DNA from: the human T2T-CHM13v2.0 reference genome, Homo sapiens | Assembly (NCBI RefSeq): GCF_009914755.1 | Contig: NC_060947.1 | Strand: one strand, 5' to 3' | DNA: 64,000 nt | Part shown: in pieces, positions 1 to 23,607 of the stretch | How positions within the stretch are numbered: position 1 is the stretch's first letter | How the letters are laid out: each line of letters starts with the position of its first letter | The notes under the pieces: generated by a model | The model's database searches: none | The model's input: only the letters and a program-made list of their open reading frames with translations | What the model was told of the DNA's origin: nothing | Made by a program: the position numbers and the translations under genes

Positions 1-589
1 GGCACAGTGGTGAGGGCAGAGGGGCTCAGGCGCTGACTCCTTCACTCTGGAAAAGTGAGACTTCTTCACTGTGGAAAGAAGATATGATTGACCCCTCTGA
101 AGTCTAAGGTGAGCGAGCAAGGATCGGGGGCCCCTTCTGCTCCTCCTGGGTGCTAGAATAAGGCTGAAGGAAGTGGTTTTCCGACACAAACACCAGGCCC
201 ACAACACAGTAGCCGACCCATTTCCCCGCGATGGGTCTAGGCTCAAAGAAACAAGTTTAAGGAGAATTTAGACAAAAACCACGGAATGGGGGTTCATTAC
301 GCTGTCTTCTTTGGGTATACTGGAAAACTGCTATTCTGAAAGGACAAAAATAAATAGCTAGTTAGCTAGGAGAGTTTAGAGAAATCTTAAACGTTTATTA
401 TCATTTAGGGACACACAGGATATCTGGGATGACGGGGCTGGTATGTGTCCCTAACCTGTCCGTTTTGCCACTAATAGTTTCTGGGCACCCTTATCAGGGA
501 GAGAATCCCCAGCATTCCTGAGCATAGGAGTCCAGGTTCATGGTCTTGCCCACCTGACGTGACTATGACCTGCCTCTTCTGGTCTGTTC

Positions 590-885
590 TTTTTTTTTTT
601 GAGACAGAGTCTCACTTTGCTTCCCAGGCTAGAGGGAGTTCAGTGGCACAATATCGGTTCACTGCAGCCTCAACCTCCTGAGCTCAAGTGATCCTCCTAC
701 CTCAGCCTCCCGAGTAGCTGGGACCACAGGCATGTGCCATTACACCTGGCTAATGTTTGTAGTTTTGAAGAGATGGGGTTTCACCATGTTTCCCAGGCTG
801 GTCTTGAACTCCTGGGCTCAAGCCATCTCCCTGCCTCAGCCTCCCAAAGTGTTGGGATTACAGGCGTCAGCCACTGCGTCCGGCC
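590..885 (-). mobile_element. Alu (AluJ-like)
   Basis: Poly-T then antisense Alu body; tctgttct on both flanks. Confidence 0.9.
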
Positions 886-970
886 TCATCTGTTCTTAGC
901 CGTTTTTTCTCTGTTCACTGGCTCCTTGTTCCTATCTTCCCACCTCACTCAATCCTCCAAGATTCACTGA

Positions 971-1486
<516 letters not shown>

Positions 1487-1644
1487 TAAAAACCACCTGG
1501 AAACACTCATTGTCTACAAGAGACACATATGTGATGGCCACGTAAGGGGAGTGAATAAATGTAACCCAGATTAACCACAGGGTAAACACAAACTCTTTCT
1601 CAATCTTTCCCCCGAGCCTCACAGGTGGGCTTTCTGGTCTTTAA

Positions 1645-1782
<138 letters not shown>

Positions 1783-3534
1783 TGAGACTAAGGTGATGGC
1801 CCCTCTCAGCATCTTCTATGAAAAGAGAGATCGAAATCTGGTTGAGCAGTTTTACCATGGGCCCAGGTGTCGAGTTGGGAATTTGATTCACTGTGCCACA
1901 ATGCCCAGCTCCTTGCAGAGATAAGAGAGCCCTGGGTGGGGGCAGGGGACAAATAGTCCTCAAATATTGCCCACTGTTTGAGGATTATTTGTTCAACTTT
2001 TCAGAGCAGGGATTTGACATCTCTTGTTGGGAGCTGATGGTGGAAAGAGGTAAGGCCTGTGCCACTCGGGAAAGCTGGTTCAACTCCAAGCTTTGGCACC
2101 TCGTCATTACTGGGGCTAATCTCAGGCACAGACATTTAACTTTCTACCTTGGTCTTATTGCCCTATGTGACAGGCAGCCTCAAAGTTGGAAAAGTCATTG
2201 AATCGTCAGGGCTGGCAGAATCACATTTGGCTCCCTGAATTTGTGTTGGTCAACCTCTAGGGACTAAAAAAAGCTAGCCCTTTCTAGCCACCACTACCTT
2301 CTGCTAGCCTCCACACTGGTATCCAGGGCTGGAGATAGTTGTCCCAGTTCACCCAATTTCCATGCAAATTGGATAGAATGGGGAAGCAAGGTATAGTGTA
2401 AACTCAGTTATCTGACATTCTAGTAACCGGCACCTTAGCACATGGCAAGCGAGGTGGTAATTGGGGCTCATAATGATGGCCTGGAGGCCTTACAAAATCC
2501 TGAAGTGTCCTCTGAATTATCAAAGAGCAATTACATTACAGCCAGTCCCATTTTAGTGTTAAACACATTGTACTGTATTTGATTCTTTGGAAATTGGTGA
2601 TCCCTTTGTGATCTCTATGATGATTCTGTATTAACCAGAATATTAGATTAACCAGAACACTTTGTTTTGCCTAGTCTATATAATGGAAAATGTGCTGTTA
2701 TTTGCTGTCTTTTAGCAGTGTGACTAACTTGAAGCTTTGGTCAAGGGCTACTTACTCTATTTGCCTCGAACCATTTCTTTCTTCTGCTGACTTCGCTTGG
2801 GTCTGGGGACTGTTGAGTTAATAGCTGGGCCTTGGGAGAAAGATGGTGGTGTCTCACAGCTGCTTCCGAGGAGGAAGGTGTCAAATCTCCTGTAGTGTGA
2901 AACCAGGCCAATTTAGGATGTACTTTCGTTGTTAGCAGAGTTGAAGGAAAGAGTGGAGAGAGAAAATGGCCTCTTGGCAAGGTGGCTGAGGAAGGCAGGA
3001 AAGGTACCAATCCATCCTGGGGTGGTGGGGGAGGAGGGGGAAGCGCTTGCCCAGCGGTGAGGAACAGCTACAACCGGGTGGAGGGAGGTGCCTGGGAGGA
3101 AGCTCCACCCCTGAACTCTTGGCAAGTCGGGAGGAGGTGGGGTCAATTTAAGGGAAGTGGGCGTGCCTGGGTGCATTTGGGCGTGACCCAACCAGGCTCT
3201 GTCACAGATCACAGGAAAGGGACTCCTTCTTGCTTCGCTTTTCTTGAGACTCTTCTCTTGTGATGATTCTGCTTGGCCGGGGTGGCTCTGTCCCCAAGAT
3301 TGGTGGTGCCACAAAAGGAGTATATCCTCCCTTGCCCTGTCTGAGACCCCAATTGCCCTCTCCTAGCCCCTGATTTCCCAGGGACCCGTGGCCCTCTCCT
3401 GCCCTTCACAAAATACTTGGCACTTTATAAGAGCTAAGCAAGAGTTTTGGGTGTGGATTCAGGTGACACTGTAACGTGGATGAGTAAGGGTGTGTGTTTT
3501 TAATACTTGATGTTGTCTGGTATATTGGACTCTG

Positions 3535-4289
<755 letters not shown>

Positions 4290-6459
4290 TGATCTCCAGC
4301 TGCCAGAGGGGGTCACTCAACTCCAGCTCCGAGCCTTTGGCTTTGGGTTGACATTGAATGAGTTCGGATTGGCCTGCAGGTGAGCGGAGGACATGAAGGC
4401 CCAAGCCCTCCGGTTTCTTATAGAAGTCTGAACCTGTGGGCAAGGCCACGGTGACATCCTTGGCATGGGACAACTGGATACCAGGGAGTTCTCTGGTTGG
4501 CTTGAGGGAGTCGAGTCTTTTGGGAGGACGGGTTCTCTCTCCTAGAATCTTGGGTTCAAGAAGACAGAGGGCATCGGCTGCCTTTCCTGGGATACTTGCA
4601 GCCTCTAAGCTAAAAAGAAGTACAGTGGGTTCTTCAAACCAACAGAAGAACTTCAAGTAGAAACGGGCACAGCATTGCTTTATCCGTTAAAGCCACAGTG
4701 ATTATTCAGAGGCGGAGTGAAGCTTTGAGGTGACCCAAAGTAGCATCATTTTTGTTGGACCTGAGTTGAGAAGGCAGGCAGCCCAAAGAGAAAACCAGGC
4801 TTTCTCTGACCACATCAAATGCTGTGATATACCATTCCGGAGGCACAGACTGTCACAAGATGCTAATATCAGTATGTTCCACTGAGTACTGTTCAGGCCC
4901 ATTCCTATAGTGGATTTCTAAATGAGCAAAAAGCACATCTTTGGGTTTTATAAGAACACCTCTGTCTCTCACTCTCATTCTCTGACCTCTACCCTGGAAG
5001 CAGCAATTGATTGCCTCCTATGATGTATTCATCCTGAGCTGCCGGTAAACATCCGCTGTCTCCTTATTAGCTAAAACTGAATAACCTCATATTGAGTGGG
5101 TAGTAGAGTCCAGGTTTGCTATAATGCAAAGACGGCTTAACCTCATTTCCGGCTCTGTTTAAGTGGAGGTGTATATGATACCCATCTCTACGCTCAAGAG
5201 AGTAATTGAGCTAATTTTCATCAACTATGTGACAGAGTGGGAACAATTCTCTTTCTTCTGCTAGAGCAATAATAGATTGGTCAGGAATGAGTTGTCAAGC
5301 TGTTGGCCTCAGCCACTTGTGTTAGGATGAAGAGGAGCTTTTGTGTATCACCTAATCTTCTCTAATGGCACCTGGTTTCCTAGCATGGAAGCTTCCTGTG
5401 GAACATATTGGCGCTTGGAACCAGAAGGACCTTCGAGGTTGCCTGGTCCAGTTTGCCACCCAATGCAAAGATAGAGATCTCCACAGCATTCTTGACAGGT
5501 AGCCAGCCAGCCTTTTCATGAACACACCTCCAGTAACGCAGAGAACACCACCAATCAAGGCATCCTACTTGATTTGGGGGCAGCTCCAGTTGTTGGAAAG
5601 TAGGTCATTCTTCCTCTGTGGATGTGTCTAAGGGTTTTGCATTGAGGCAGCTGGATTTGGCACATGGTCTGGTTACTTTCCTCCAGATCTGATGATGGCA
5701 TCTTCGTGCAGGAATTTGGCAAAGGCCAAATGAGGCAGGTTACCCTGCTTCTGTCTGAGCCTCCTGACTTTTCTTTTCATCCTGGTTTTGGTTATCTCCC
5801 TTCTTGACCTGCGGAGCAGGTAGGCAGAGCCACTTCCACTCACACACCTGCCACCTCCGCTCTCTAGTCCTTTGTGGGCTACTATAAAGCCTTCACTTCT
5901 CTGCAATTGAATAAACACCCGAGCCTGCCCTGCCCTGGGTAAACAAGGTGGGGGGCTGTTTCTTTGCCTGTAGCATTGAACACTGTAATATGACTTCTTC
6001 ATGTTTCCTGGGGTCCTCACAAGGCATGGTTCTGTTCCTTCCTCTTTTGCCTCAGCCCAAATGTGTCGCATCAAAAGCTGGAGTTTAGAACATTCTGACT
6101 GGAAGTGCTATTAGAGACCATGTAGTACAGCAATTCCTGGACAGGCTATGGGGCCCCACTAGCGGGCTGAGGCTAGCTGGGAGAAAGGGATGGCATGACA
6201 GCTGGCCTTCCAGGAACTGTGCATAAGCTGCAGCCAACTCCTTGTGCTGAAATGATGGCTTCCACATCTGGATCTGCCTTTGTCAATGTCACATGTGAGA
6301 GCCCGTGTCAGGGTTGAGAGAGGCGAGTTGAGAACTCTTCAATCTCAGTCCCTTCATTTCACTAATTGCTAGGCATGGTGTTCATTCCTTTGGGGAGGAA
6401 AACACACGGGCATGGCTCCACCTCAAGAGCTTGTGCTTAAATAACACAATAATGATGTC

Positions 6460-6625
6460 TTACTTGTTATAACACTTTTTGAAAGGGGTTTTGCATGTAT
6501 TATCTTATTTAATTCTCATACCACTCTTGTGATGTAGATTATATTCTCCCCATTTTACAGATATGGCAACTGAGGCTCAGAGCAATTAGGACTTGAGCCC
6601 AGCCAATCACACAATTGATGGCCAA
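6460..6625 (-). mobile_element. MIR relic
   Basis: cccattttacagatatggcaactgaggctcagag core. Confidence 0.65.
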
Positions 6626-7178
6626 GCCAAGCAGCACTAATCTTGAGAGATGAGGTTAAACACACAGTCGCCCCTACACACGGGGTTAGGACAGACCCTG
6701 TGGGATGAAGCTCTTGATAATGGAGTTCCCGGCAGGCCTTTTTGAAATTAGAATGTGCTTTGTTCAGCAAGCTGTGGCTAAATTAGAGATGTTGCTGGTG
6801 TGTTCTAGTGACACCAGTGACTTGATTTTCACCCAGAAAAGGCAGCAGGTTTCTGCCCTTGACTGCCAGCTAGGTAGGCTCATGATGCCTTCTAGTTTCA
6901 GGGAGTTCCTGTAGCTTTGATCTTTGTGTCCTCGGAGAGTGACAAATGGGGCAGTCAGGTGAGTAGAGCTGAGGCCATGAAGGCAGCCTTCTACCTTTTC
7001 CTCCCTGTTCCCCATGTACTTGATACTTAATGTCAGCAGGACCACCAGATTTGCTTTCATACGGGACTGGAGAAACAGACAAAGGGAATGGGAAAAAAGC
7101 AAAAAGAAATTCTGATTTGCTCTGGGCTCTGGGAAAAATCCTGTTAAAATTACCCTTATCTTAGGGCTAGCCAGATGG

Positions 7179-7195
7179 GCCGCCCCCTGCTGGCA
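7179..7195 (-). promoter_or_regulatory. CTCF consensus motif
   Basis: Minus strand GCCAGCAGGGGGCGG, exact match to CCASYAGRKGGC. Confidence 0.55.
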
Positions 7196-7403
7196 GGGCT
7201 GGGAGCTGTCTCCTGCTTGTAGATGAGGGACTTCGATGTTGAAGTATGGTGTGTTCATTCAAGAAGTATTTAGTGGAATAGTCAGCACAGCACTAGATAT
7301 CGATAGCTGATAGTTATACAACTTTGCACTGCAGTTCTAATCCCCAAAGTCCTCTGATTCATCTTAGAGGAAGGCGTTGCTTTTCTGTGTTCCATTTCTC
7401 TGA

Positions 7404-7685
<282 letters not shown>

Positions 7686-8439
7686 TAGAAGGTGTGTGTG
7701 GCGGGGGGTCAGAGGAGGCAGGAGGGGGGTGGGGGATGGGGAGGATCAAATTAACCCATATTTAGTAAGGCATTCTCAAACTAGTTCTCGAAGGGTTGGG
7801 GGTGGATTTGAAGAATGGGAACTAAAGTTATAGTTAATTTTAAGGTCTGGCCCATGATGGCTTTTCCTCTACAATCTTTAGATTTTCTTTGAGTTAAGGA
7901 AGAGTTAAAGAATATGGCAGGATGTTAGCTTGAGTAGCTCGTTAACATCCAATCAAGAAGCTTTTGTCTGGGTTTAACTTACTGGAAACCAATCTTGGAA
8001 CTTTCTGAGTCAATCAAGGTAGAAAACAACTTGTAGGAGGAAGGATTTTAAGGTCCAGACAAAGGTTGATTGAGGGTGAGGCTGAAGGAATTCCACTGGG
8101 GCCCAGGTTCTAGCTACTCCTCCCCTACCCTGCTTCCCAGTTCTTTAGCTTCTCATGGAAGCGTAGATGCTAGTGAGTGGGCAGTCACCAATCAACAGCC
8201 AGGCAAGCATTCCTAAAACCCTCATCCCAAATCAACATCTCTTTTGGGTCTGATGTTCATGCCATTGGTGTTAGGTTGCATGTTGTATCCTTAGAAAAAA
8301 TCAGTCTTCAACCTGGGTTAACTTTACATTTGAGAGAAGTGAGGGTCCGGGTTCAAATGTATACCTATAATATGTATTTGTCATTGACAGCCAAAAACAA
8401 AAGCCCATCTTCAGCTTGTTTTGGTGGTCGTGATTCTTA

Positions 8440-8755
<316 letters not shown>

Positions 8756-9149
8756 TTTGGTGGTCATGATTCTTACTGGAATCCCCGAATGGCACTGGCA
8801 AGAGGTGGGAGCCCCAAGTGCTCGTCTCCCCTCCTTTCCCCTTCCCCCTCCCAGAACCTCTTTCCAGCTCAGACAAGACTCAAGCTTATTTCTTCATCTT
8901 GAAGAATGGAGCTGCTGCTTCATGCCCTTTCTGTCTCACAAGGGTGCTTGGGGGAACAAAGGAAGCAATGTCTGTGACAGGCTTTGATAACCATAAAGTG
9001 CTCTCCGAGGGTTGCTGTGCATCATTGTGCTTCGGGCGGAAGCAAGAATGAGGGAACAGAGGCATAGCGTGGCAGGGTAGCAGCGTTCGTTCCCTTGACC
9101 CCCTAGAGTGGGAGGACAGGGGCCCAGGGAAAGAGCAGGGAACTCTGGT

Positions 9150-9350
9150 CTGTGCCAAGCAGTTCATTCACGTTATCGCTCTTAATTCCCGCAGTGGCAC
9201 TTGGGAGGTAGGCACCTTTATTATCCTCATTTTGTAGTGAGGAAACTGAGGCTCAAGGAGGTTAAGGGACTTGTGCGAGGTTATTGGGTGGTCCTGAGTG
9301 ATGCAGTTGGGACGTGAAAAAGGCCTGTCTGCCTCTGGAGCCATGGCTCG
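9150..9350 (-). mobile_element. MIR relic
   Basis: attatcctcattttgtagtgaggaaactgaggctcaagggaggttaag. Confidence 0.7.
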
Positions 9351-10180
9351 TTCCATATGTCTCTCAGGCTCTGAATGGGGGGCTTCTGTTTGTATTTGGG
9401 AGGCACTGGGGGAAGGGGGCAGTTGGGCAGAAAATGCTGCCTCCACAAGCAGCGCTGGGAAAAGGTGGGCGTCTCAGGCTCCTGCTCCCCCTCCCCTTCC
9501 CCCTGTTCCTCCCCCAGACACTCAGATGGATGGCCCCAGCCCACACAAAGGTAACCAGCGCTCGAGATTCAGCAGCACACTCACATGCTTCTGTCTGGCT
9601 ATTCTGCCTGGCAGTGGGTCCGCTGCAGTGTTCTCCTGGAGAGGTTTTTGTCCCTCCCTCTGACCTTCCTTTCCCCCTCCCACCTTCCTTTCTCTCCCAG
9701 TCACCACCACCTGCTCTGGTTGCCCCCATGGCATGGGGCTTTGTAGCAGGAAGCAAGGGGTGGGGGAGGGCGGGGAACGCTCCTGCAACACTGAAAGCGG
9801 GGCACTGGCCAAGGGCTTCTTCCCACAGGGGCTCAGAGCCAGGGGGAAGGAGAGAGGGGGAGGGGTCCCCCCACTTGTTCTTGCTCCTCCCCCTCCCAGG
9901 CAACTTGCCTCGCTGCTGCTCTCTGGCAGCTTTGGCCCCCAGAAAGGAGAGTCACCCTTTGGTTCCTGGCTTGGCTTAGTGAAACCCTGGTACTTTACCC
10001 AGCATCCTCCAGTCCTGCCATTGTACATTCTATCCTCCTGGCGATAAAGCAGCATTGTACCCTCATAGCTAGTGCCTTCCTGCTAGGGCTTGTACCTCTC
10101 TGCCCTTTCAGGATGGGGACTGATCATGGCTTCTCGCTGTCTTGGGATTGACCAGAGGAAACAAATGCCCCGAGCCCTCA

Positions 10181-10717
<537 letters not shown>

Positions 10718-10889
10718 TTACGCGTGAAACTCTGGGTGGAAAGAAGAAAGTGAGGCATCAGATTACGTGGTTCAGACTTGGTACTCTGGCTACACAGAGG
10801 AAGAGGGCCCAGAGTGTTGTGGAATATGGTAGAAGACAGAGGATTGAACTGAGACCTTGATGTTCTGAGGGGTTTGGATAAGTCGGAAA

Positions 10890-12182
<1,293 letters not shown>

Positions 12183-12487
12183 TCTCCTAGTGTTTTGTGA
12201 GCACCTACCCTGCTCACAGTTCTGGAGCCTTTGTAGTTCATTATCTCAAAGACCCTGCAAGGAAGAAAGTGGGGCTCAGAGAGGGAGGGCCTTGCCCCAG
12301 GTCTTCTAGCTAGGGGATGGCAGAGGCAAGGTTCAAGCCCAGGTCTGCCTTAGATCTTTCTACCACCCCAGGGGAGTCTGAGTATGATATGGGGACACAG
12401 TGTGATGGAAGATGGGAACATTCTGTGAGGACTGGATGTGGAAGGAAGGTTTTTGCTACAAGTGTGAAGCTTTAGCAGCTGTGACTA

Positions 12488-12859
<372 letters not shown>

Positions 12860-13233
12860 TTATAAAAACCTCAATAAATGGTGATTGAGGCAGGTAAAGA
12901 AGGCATGCAGAGTCTTGAGAGAAGCTAGGATATCCCCTCAATCTCTGATTTACAATCCCTGTGGCATTCCTTGGTTTATGGGGTTGAGCATTTGAACCTC
13001 TTCATATCTCCCCACCGGCTACAAACTCATGGGAACCTGTGTTGATCCTGGAGAGACTTCACATGGTTAGCGCCTGGCCCAGCGTCTGGCCTCAAACCTG
13101 ACAGTAGTCTCGGCCATTTAGGGTAGTGTAAGCAAAGTACAGCATGGACACAGATAAGGTGAGATGGCCTTGGCCACTGAGGGCAGTGATGACCCTGGTG
13201 GATGGATAAGCTGCCTGGCCTGACCTGACCTAG

Positions 13234-13515
<282 letters not shown>

Positions 13516-13944
13516 TGAGCATCTATGAAGAAGCTTTTCTCCATGGGCTCTTCTGGTGCTTGAACCCAGGCTGGCCTCCCTCTACACCCCAGATTGCCCT
13601 GGGGCTGCCTTGCCCCTCATCACTTGGATGTCAGCGTGTGAGAATGCAAACTTGCTTGAATGTCAATTTGGGATGAATGCAATTGAAATGGTATCATGCA
13701 GTATATTCCTAGACCAGGAACGCAATTTTTGGATATCCACGTTGTCTTAAATTTCTCTGTATGGTGGTTTCCCAACTCAGAAAGGAACAAGGGGTGATTT
13801 ATTGCTCACTCTTCATCTCCTCCTCCAGCTTCCCCTCATTTTCGCCTCTCGCAGAGGGGCCAGGATCATGTTTGAGGGGCGAGGCTGAGCTAACCCCACC
13901 TTATACTACTACCCTATAGATTAGAAAGAAGGCAAGAAAGGAAG

Positions 13945-14155
13945 CTGGCATTTATTGAGCACTTCTTTTGTCATGTGAAGAGCCTGATTACTTTGTATCA
14001 TTTAATCTCACAGTAAGCCGATGGAGTAGATTTATTATCCCCATTTTATAGGTGAGAAAATCGAGGCTTTGCAGTGTTACTGATATGTCTAAGATCACTC
14101 AACTACTACGCATATGAGTCTGAATTCAAACCAAGGTCTTTTGATTCCCAAGTGC
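13945..14155 (-). mobile_element. MIR relic
   Basis: attatcccattttataggtgagaaaatcgaggc core. Confidence 0.6.
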
Positions 14156-15031
14156 CAGGGTAGGTGGAAGACTGACTCATTCACCATAATTCAGTTACAC
14201 CTTGGACGTTTCCATTGTTCCCCACTTTTTATTGAGTGTGTATCTTTGCCTACCATATGGATTATTTCCTCAGGGTATGCTCCTAGCAGTGGAGTTGCTG
14301 GGTTAGTTACAGAGTGTGCCTTTGGTTTTAAGGCTTTCCATCCCTATACCTGAGTTGTTTCACACCAGCCACACTCCCAGCCAGACTGGTCAGCTCTGGG
14401 GAGCTGACGTGACAGTGTCTCACTGGCAAGCAGCCCATCTTTCATGAGCACCTAGTGTGCGTGCCTGGATAGCTGCCGAGGGAGACCTAAAACAAAAATC
14501 AAGACCAATCCCTGCCGTCAAGGTTAATTTAATTGTCTTGTACCCTGGGCAAAACCAGCCAACAGGAAACCATTGGAGGGGCCAATGGGACAGGGCTGGA
14601 GCACTAAGGCAGCCTGTCAGGGAGGGTGGAAGGAGCCCTTTTGGGCCTGGGGGAAGAGGCAGACATCTGCACTGGTGAGGAGGGTGGGAAGCCTCGGGCT
14701 TTCTCCCGGGTAAAGGAGCTTGACAGTTTCTATATACAGCCAGCAGCACCCCTGACACAGGCTGCACACACAGCCGCTCTAGCCAGCTAGCCTGTGAGCT
14801 GTCAGACAGAAAGGTGGAGTGGCCCATCTCCCCAGTGCCCCAGAGAGGACTGGCAATGGTGCAGCTATGGGATCCATTGTTTGGAAAGCCAGGCAGCCAT
14901 TAATGCTGCCAGCCTCTCCCCTCCTCACCTCATTCACCCAGCTTCAGCCCATGCTAGCTAGGGTGCTTCAAGTCCCTGGTGTCCCACCTGTAGTCCTAGC
15001 ATCATCTCAATCCAAGGAAGGCAGTCATTAA

Positions 15032-15360
<329 letters not shown>

Positions 15361-15614
15361 TATTGGATTATCCTGATTTGAGGGGAGGGCTAGAACTGAC
15401 TGTCCTGGCTTGAACATTGGTCCTGCCGAGACGTGCATCCAGGGATAGTCCTTAAAACAATTGTCTTCCTTATTCTTGAATTGCCACCAGAGGCTGTGCT
15501 CTCCACCACATCTCATTTCTCTGGTCTGGGGCTGGCTTGCCAAGCTCAGGGAGTCGAGGTCTGAGTGCTTGAGCTCTGGGCGGGCAGGTCAGCCTCTCTG
15601 AGGACCTCACCTCA

Positions 15615-16050
<436 letters not shown>

Positions 16051-16115
16051 CTATAAAGGGCAGGCTCTGAGACTCCTCAGATATTTGGGGAGCTTTGAGT
16101 CTCAGGGTTATATAA

Positions 16116-16806
<691 letters not shown>

Positions 16807-17254
16807 TCAAGAGGGAACCAGTTTAGGGCAGGAGCCAATGAGTTAGTTCCCAGATGGCCAGGCCGCATCAGTTACTAAGGGGAGGCTGTGGTTGTCTAGG
16901 GATCATCCCATCATGTGTAGCTGTCACCAGGAAGACCACTCGGTCTTCCCTCAACTCATCCTGGTGGGGGACGTGTCTCAGACAGAATAGAAACTGAGAG
17001 GTTGACCTGAGGGTAATATCCAGATTTGATTTTTAAAATTTGATCTCTAGACACTGTAAGAAAAATACACCTGCTGTGTCTTAGAGAAATTGTACCCATT
17101 CTCCTCTGTTCTACCAGAGAGCCTACTTCCTGGGCAAATTAGAGACAGGAGCTGCAGATCCAGGAGGGGGCTCCGCTTGGGTTCTGCCTGGCGTGTGGAG
17201 CCCTTCTGCTCATCTCTGCTCTCAGGGAGTCACCCAGGGCCTTCAGTTCCCTGA

Positions 17255-17580
<326 letters not shown>

Positions 17581-17862
17581 TTCCCTGCAGCTGCCTTAAC
17601 TTTATTGTAGGTCAGGGACCCATCCTCTAGTGAACTCCACAACTACCAATAGAGCTACATTGTGCCATGGGAACTGTCCCAAGATGTCAGGGGAACGTAA
17701 GAGAGAGAGAGTAATGGGAGGGAGGAAAAGGGGGTACAGAGAGAGGAGGAGTTGGGGAGATGGTAGTGGAGAGTTGCAAGGCTACAGGTGGTTCCCTTGT
17801 CCTAAGTCTTAAACCATATTACACCAAGGTTACCTGGGGGTCAGCTCAGTTTTTTCCCCTGA

Positions 17863-18135
<273 letters not shown>

Positions 18136-19888
18136 TGAACTTGTGAGGACATCCTCTTCATCTCCTTCCACCTTGAACAGCTCCCATGAGGGCCATCTGC
18201 CCTCTTCACCTGCTTTCATTCAAAGAGCTCAAGAATCTCAGTTTGCTTGAAAAAGTCCAAAGGCCACTTCCTCTTATCCCCTTACTGCAAGTGTGTGCGT
18301 CCTCTTCAGGGCCCTGGGAGCCCACAGGGACCTATTTCGTAGCTAGGGATCTAGGGTGGGCCTCTGTGTGGGGGCGGCAGCCCCACTAGTAGACCTAGCT
18401 GGGGGCAGAATGTGTTGACCTGTGCTTTGAATGGGATGTCAGTTGCAACAAAGTGATACTTAGCATTTTGCTTATGTGTTTGCAATTTCTTCTTGTTTGT
18501 GATCAAGTGGATCACAGTGGAACCCCTGGGATGCTTCCCGAAGCTTCATTCTTTACAGCCCTTGCCTGTGGGAACTGTGATGTTCCCTCTGCATCCCAGG
18601 GTCCCCCTTCCTTCCGTTCCTTTTCCTCCCTCACCTGCCCCTTCTGTAAAGTGTCTGGTGTTGAGGCCCATGGCAAGGGCCACAAGCCAACATGCATTTA
18701 TTTTCTCATTAGTGGATAGCAGCTGTTTGTCTGCAGTTAGATAGCTCTACTGAGTTGGGCAGGGGGAGGAGGGAAGGAGGGGAGTCTAGCTTGGGCATGC
18801 TCAGTAGGAATCTCCTCAGACTTGACCTCTGAATAAAGGAACCCTGCCTCTTAGTGACATCACAGTTTGGCCCTTGCTCTAGCAGTGACTTCTTCAGACT
18901 GCCTGAGCGGCGGAGCAGCTGGGAGTTGTATCTCTGAACCTTCTTGGAGGCTGCAGTGTTTGTATTGTGGTTAGAACCCCTCTCTGGCCAGGAGCCAACA
19001 GGACTAAGGATTGGCCCAAAGCTGCTCCCTCTTCTCACCCAGACTTTGGCCCTAGTTAGCCCCGAACCTCTATACCTCCAGATATATGGTTCCAGGCTCC
19101 CAACCAGGGGCTCATTTGTTTATCCAACAAAGGTTAACTAAGTAGCTGATGATGGAGGAAGAAACAAAGGGGACCTAACTAAAGGCTCTTATGGAAGGGG
19201 AGGACTAGGTAGGCGGTGAGTGGGGGGTAATAGGAGGCTGTCGCGGGAGATCTTGACTCCTGCTCAGCCAGCCTCCACCCAGGTCTCAGCTGAGCTGACT
19301 AAACCTTGGAGCACAGGCCTTAGGCCTGTACAGCCTGACTAGCATCTCCCAGGCTGGGGGCAGGATGGCTGCCTTTTCTGTTTTCCCTCCCTCCAGCTCT
19401 GGGTTCCCAAGCCCCTGTCCTTGAGGCGCAGAGCAGCCTTGGAATGTTCATTCAGTCATTTGTCCTGGGCCAGTGGTGACTGTTGTTCCCCTTAGCTGAA
19501 CCATCCCTAGGGGTGCAGGGCTTGGGGCAAGCCACCGTTGGTAGCTGCCTCCCACGTACTGTGTACACATGCACTCTCTCTTAGACACATACACGTGTTA
19601 TCTGCACTCCACTGGATTCCCAGGAAAATCTGAGACCAACAAGCATCCAGAGCATCTTGATATGACAAAGGCACCACACGCAGCTCTGTCTTTGAGAAAC
19701 CGGTCTAGTCCCGAGGCCTCCTTAGGCTAGAAACTGCCATCCCGAGGGTCTCAGGGGCTCCTAGATCTAAATAACACTGTGACCACCTTAGTAAACAGAT
19801 GAACTCTTTGCTTCCCCAATCCCTTCTCCAAAACCCCTAAGGAGTAGGAATGTGGAAACCATTTTAAGTAGTTAAAAAATGGGAAATA

Positions 19889-21191
<1,303 letters not shown>

Positions 21192-21429
21192 GTCTTCATT
21201 TAGACCTTTTGCTCAATTTATGGGCATGAATCAGGCTTAATAATGGGAGTCAGGAGCCAATGGGTTGCTATAAAGTGCACCAGCTCTTTTCCATGCAAAG
21301 GCAGCCTGGGACCTTGGCCTACCACCACAGGAAGGCAGGCACTGGCAGGAGTCAGCAGGCTCTCAAGAAGCAGGGGGCCCTTAGGCCCAAAGGCTGTTTG
21401 TAGGGTGTGTGAGAGGACAGCACTCAGGG

Positions 21430-22160
<731 letters not shown>

Positions 22161-22355
22161 AACCTCAGGGGCTGTTTGGATGCCTTGAACTGAGTGTTTG
22201 GCTCTCATTTTTCATGCCTGTGTGCCTCCCTGCCAAATCTCCAGGAACCACTGGGTAGGTTGGTAGGGTGGCTGCAGGAAGCACCCGAGTGTGGAGACTG
22301 GAGGCTGGGGAAGCTTTTCCCTCCACTGCTCTGCCTCCTCAGCCCCTACACCTAG

Positions 22356-23003
<648 letters not shown>

Positions 23004-23299
23004 TGATTTTAATTTTTTTACTTTGCTGTCTGGCTGAGGTATTTAAAATGCTTTTGGCTTTTTGTCCCCAAGCATTTGCTTGACTAGACCCTCTGTTGAT
23101 TAATTGTCTTCATCTTCCCCTAGTGGAGTCCAGCTGGGCAGAAAATGAAGGAGAATCCCTTTAGGGTGCACAGGGCTCCATTTTTGGCGGGAGGAAAAGG
23201 TGAGCATTAGCGTCAGGGTTATGCCTCATGTAGCGCTTCCCTGGCTGTGTGCAAAGGCCCCTGTTGTGGAAAGTTGTCGGGGGAATCAAATCCTTTTCT

Positions 23300-23607
<308 letters not shown>

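Noticed and set aside
9298-10055. Overlapping 100-220 aa ORFs on both strands in a BCORL1 intron
   Set aside because: GC-rich low-complexity sequence with few stops; no recognisable domain or exon boundaries.
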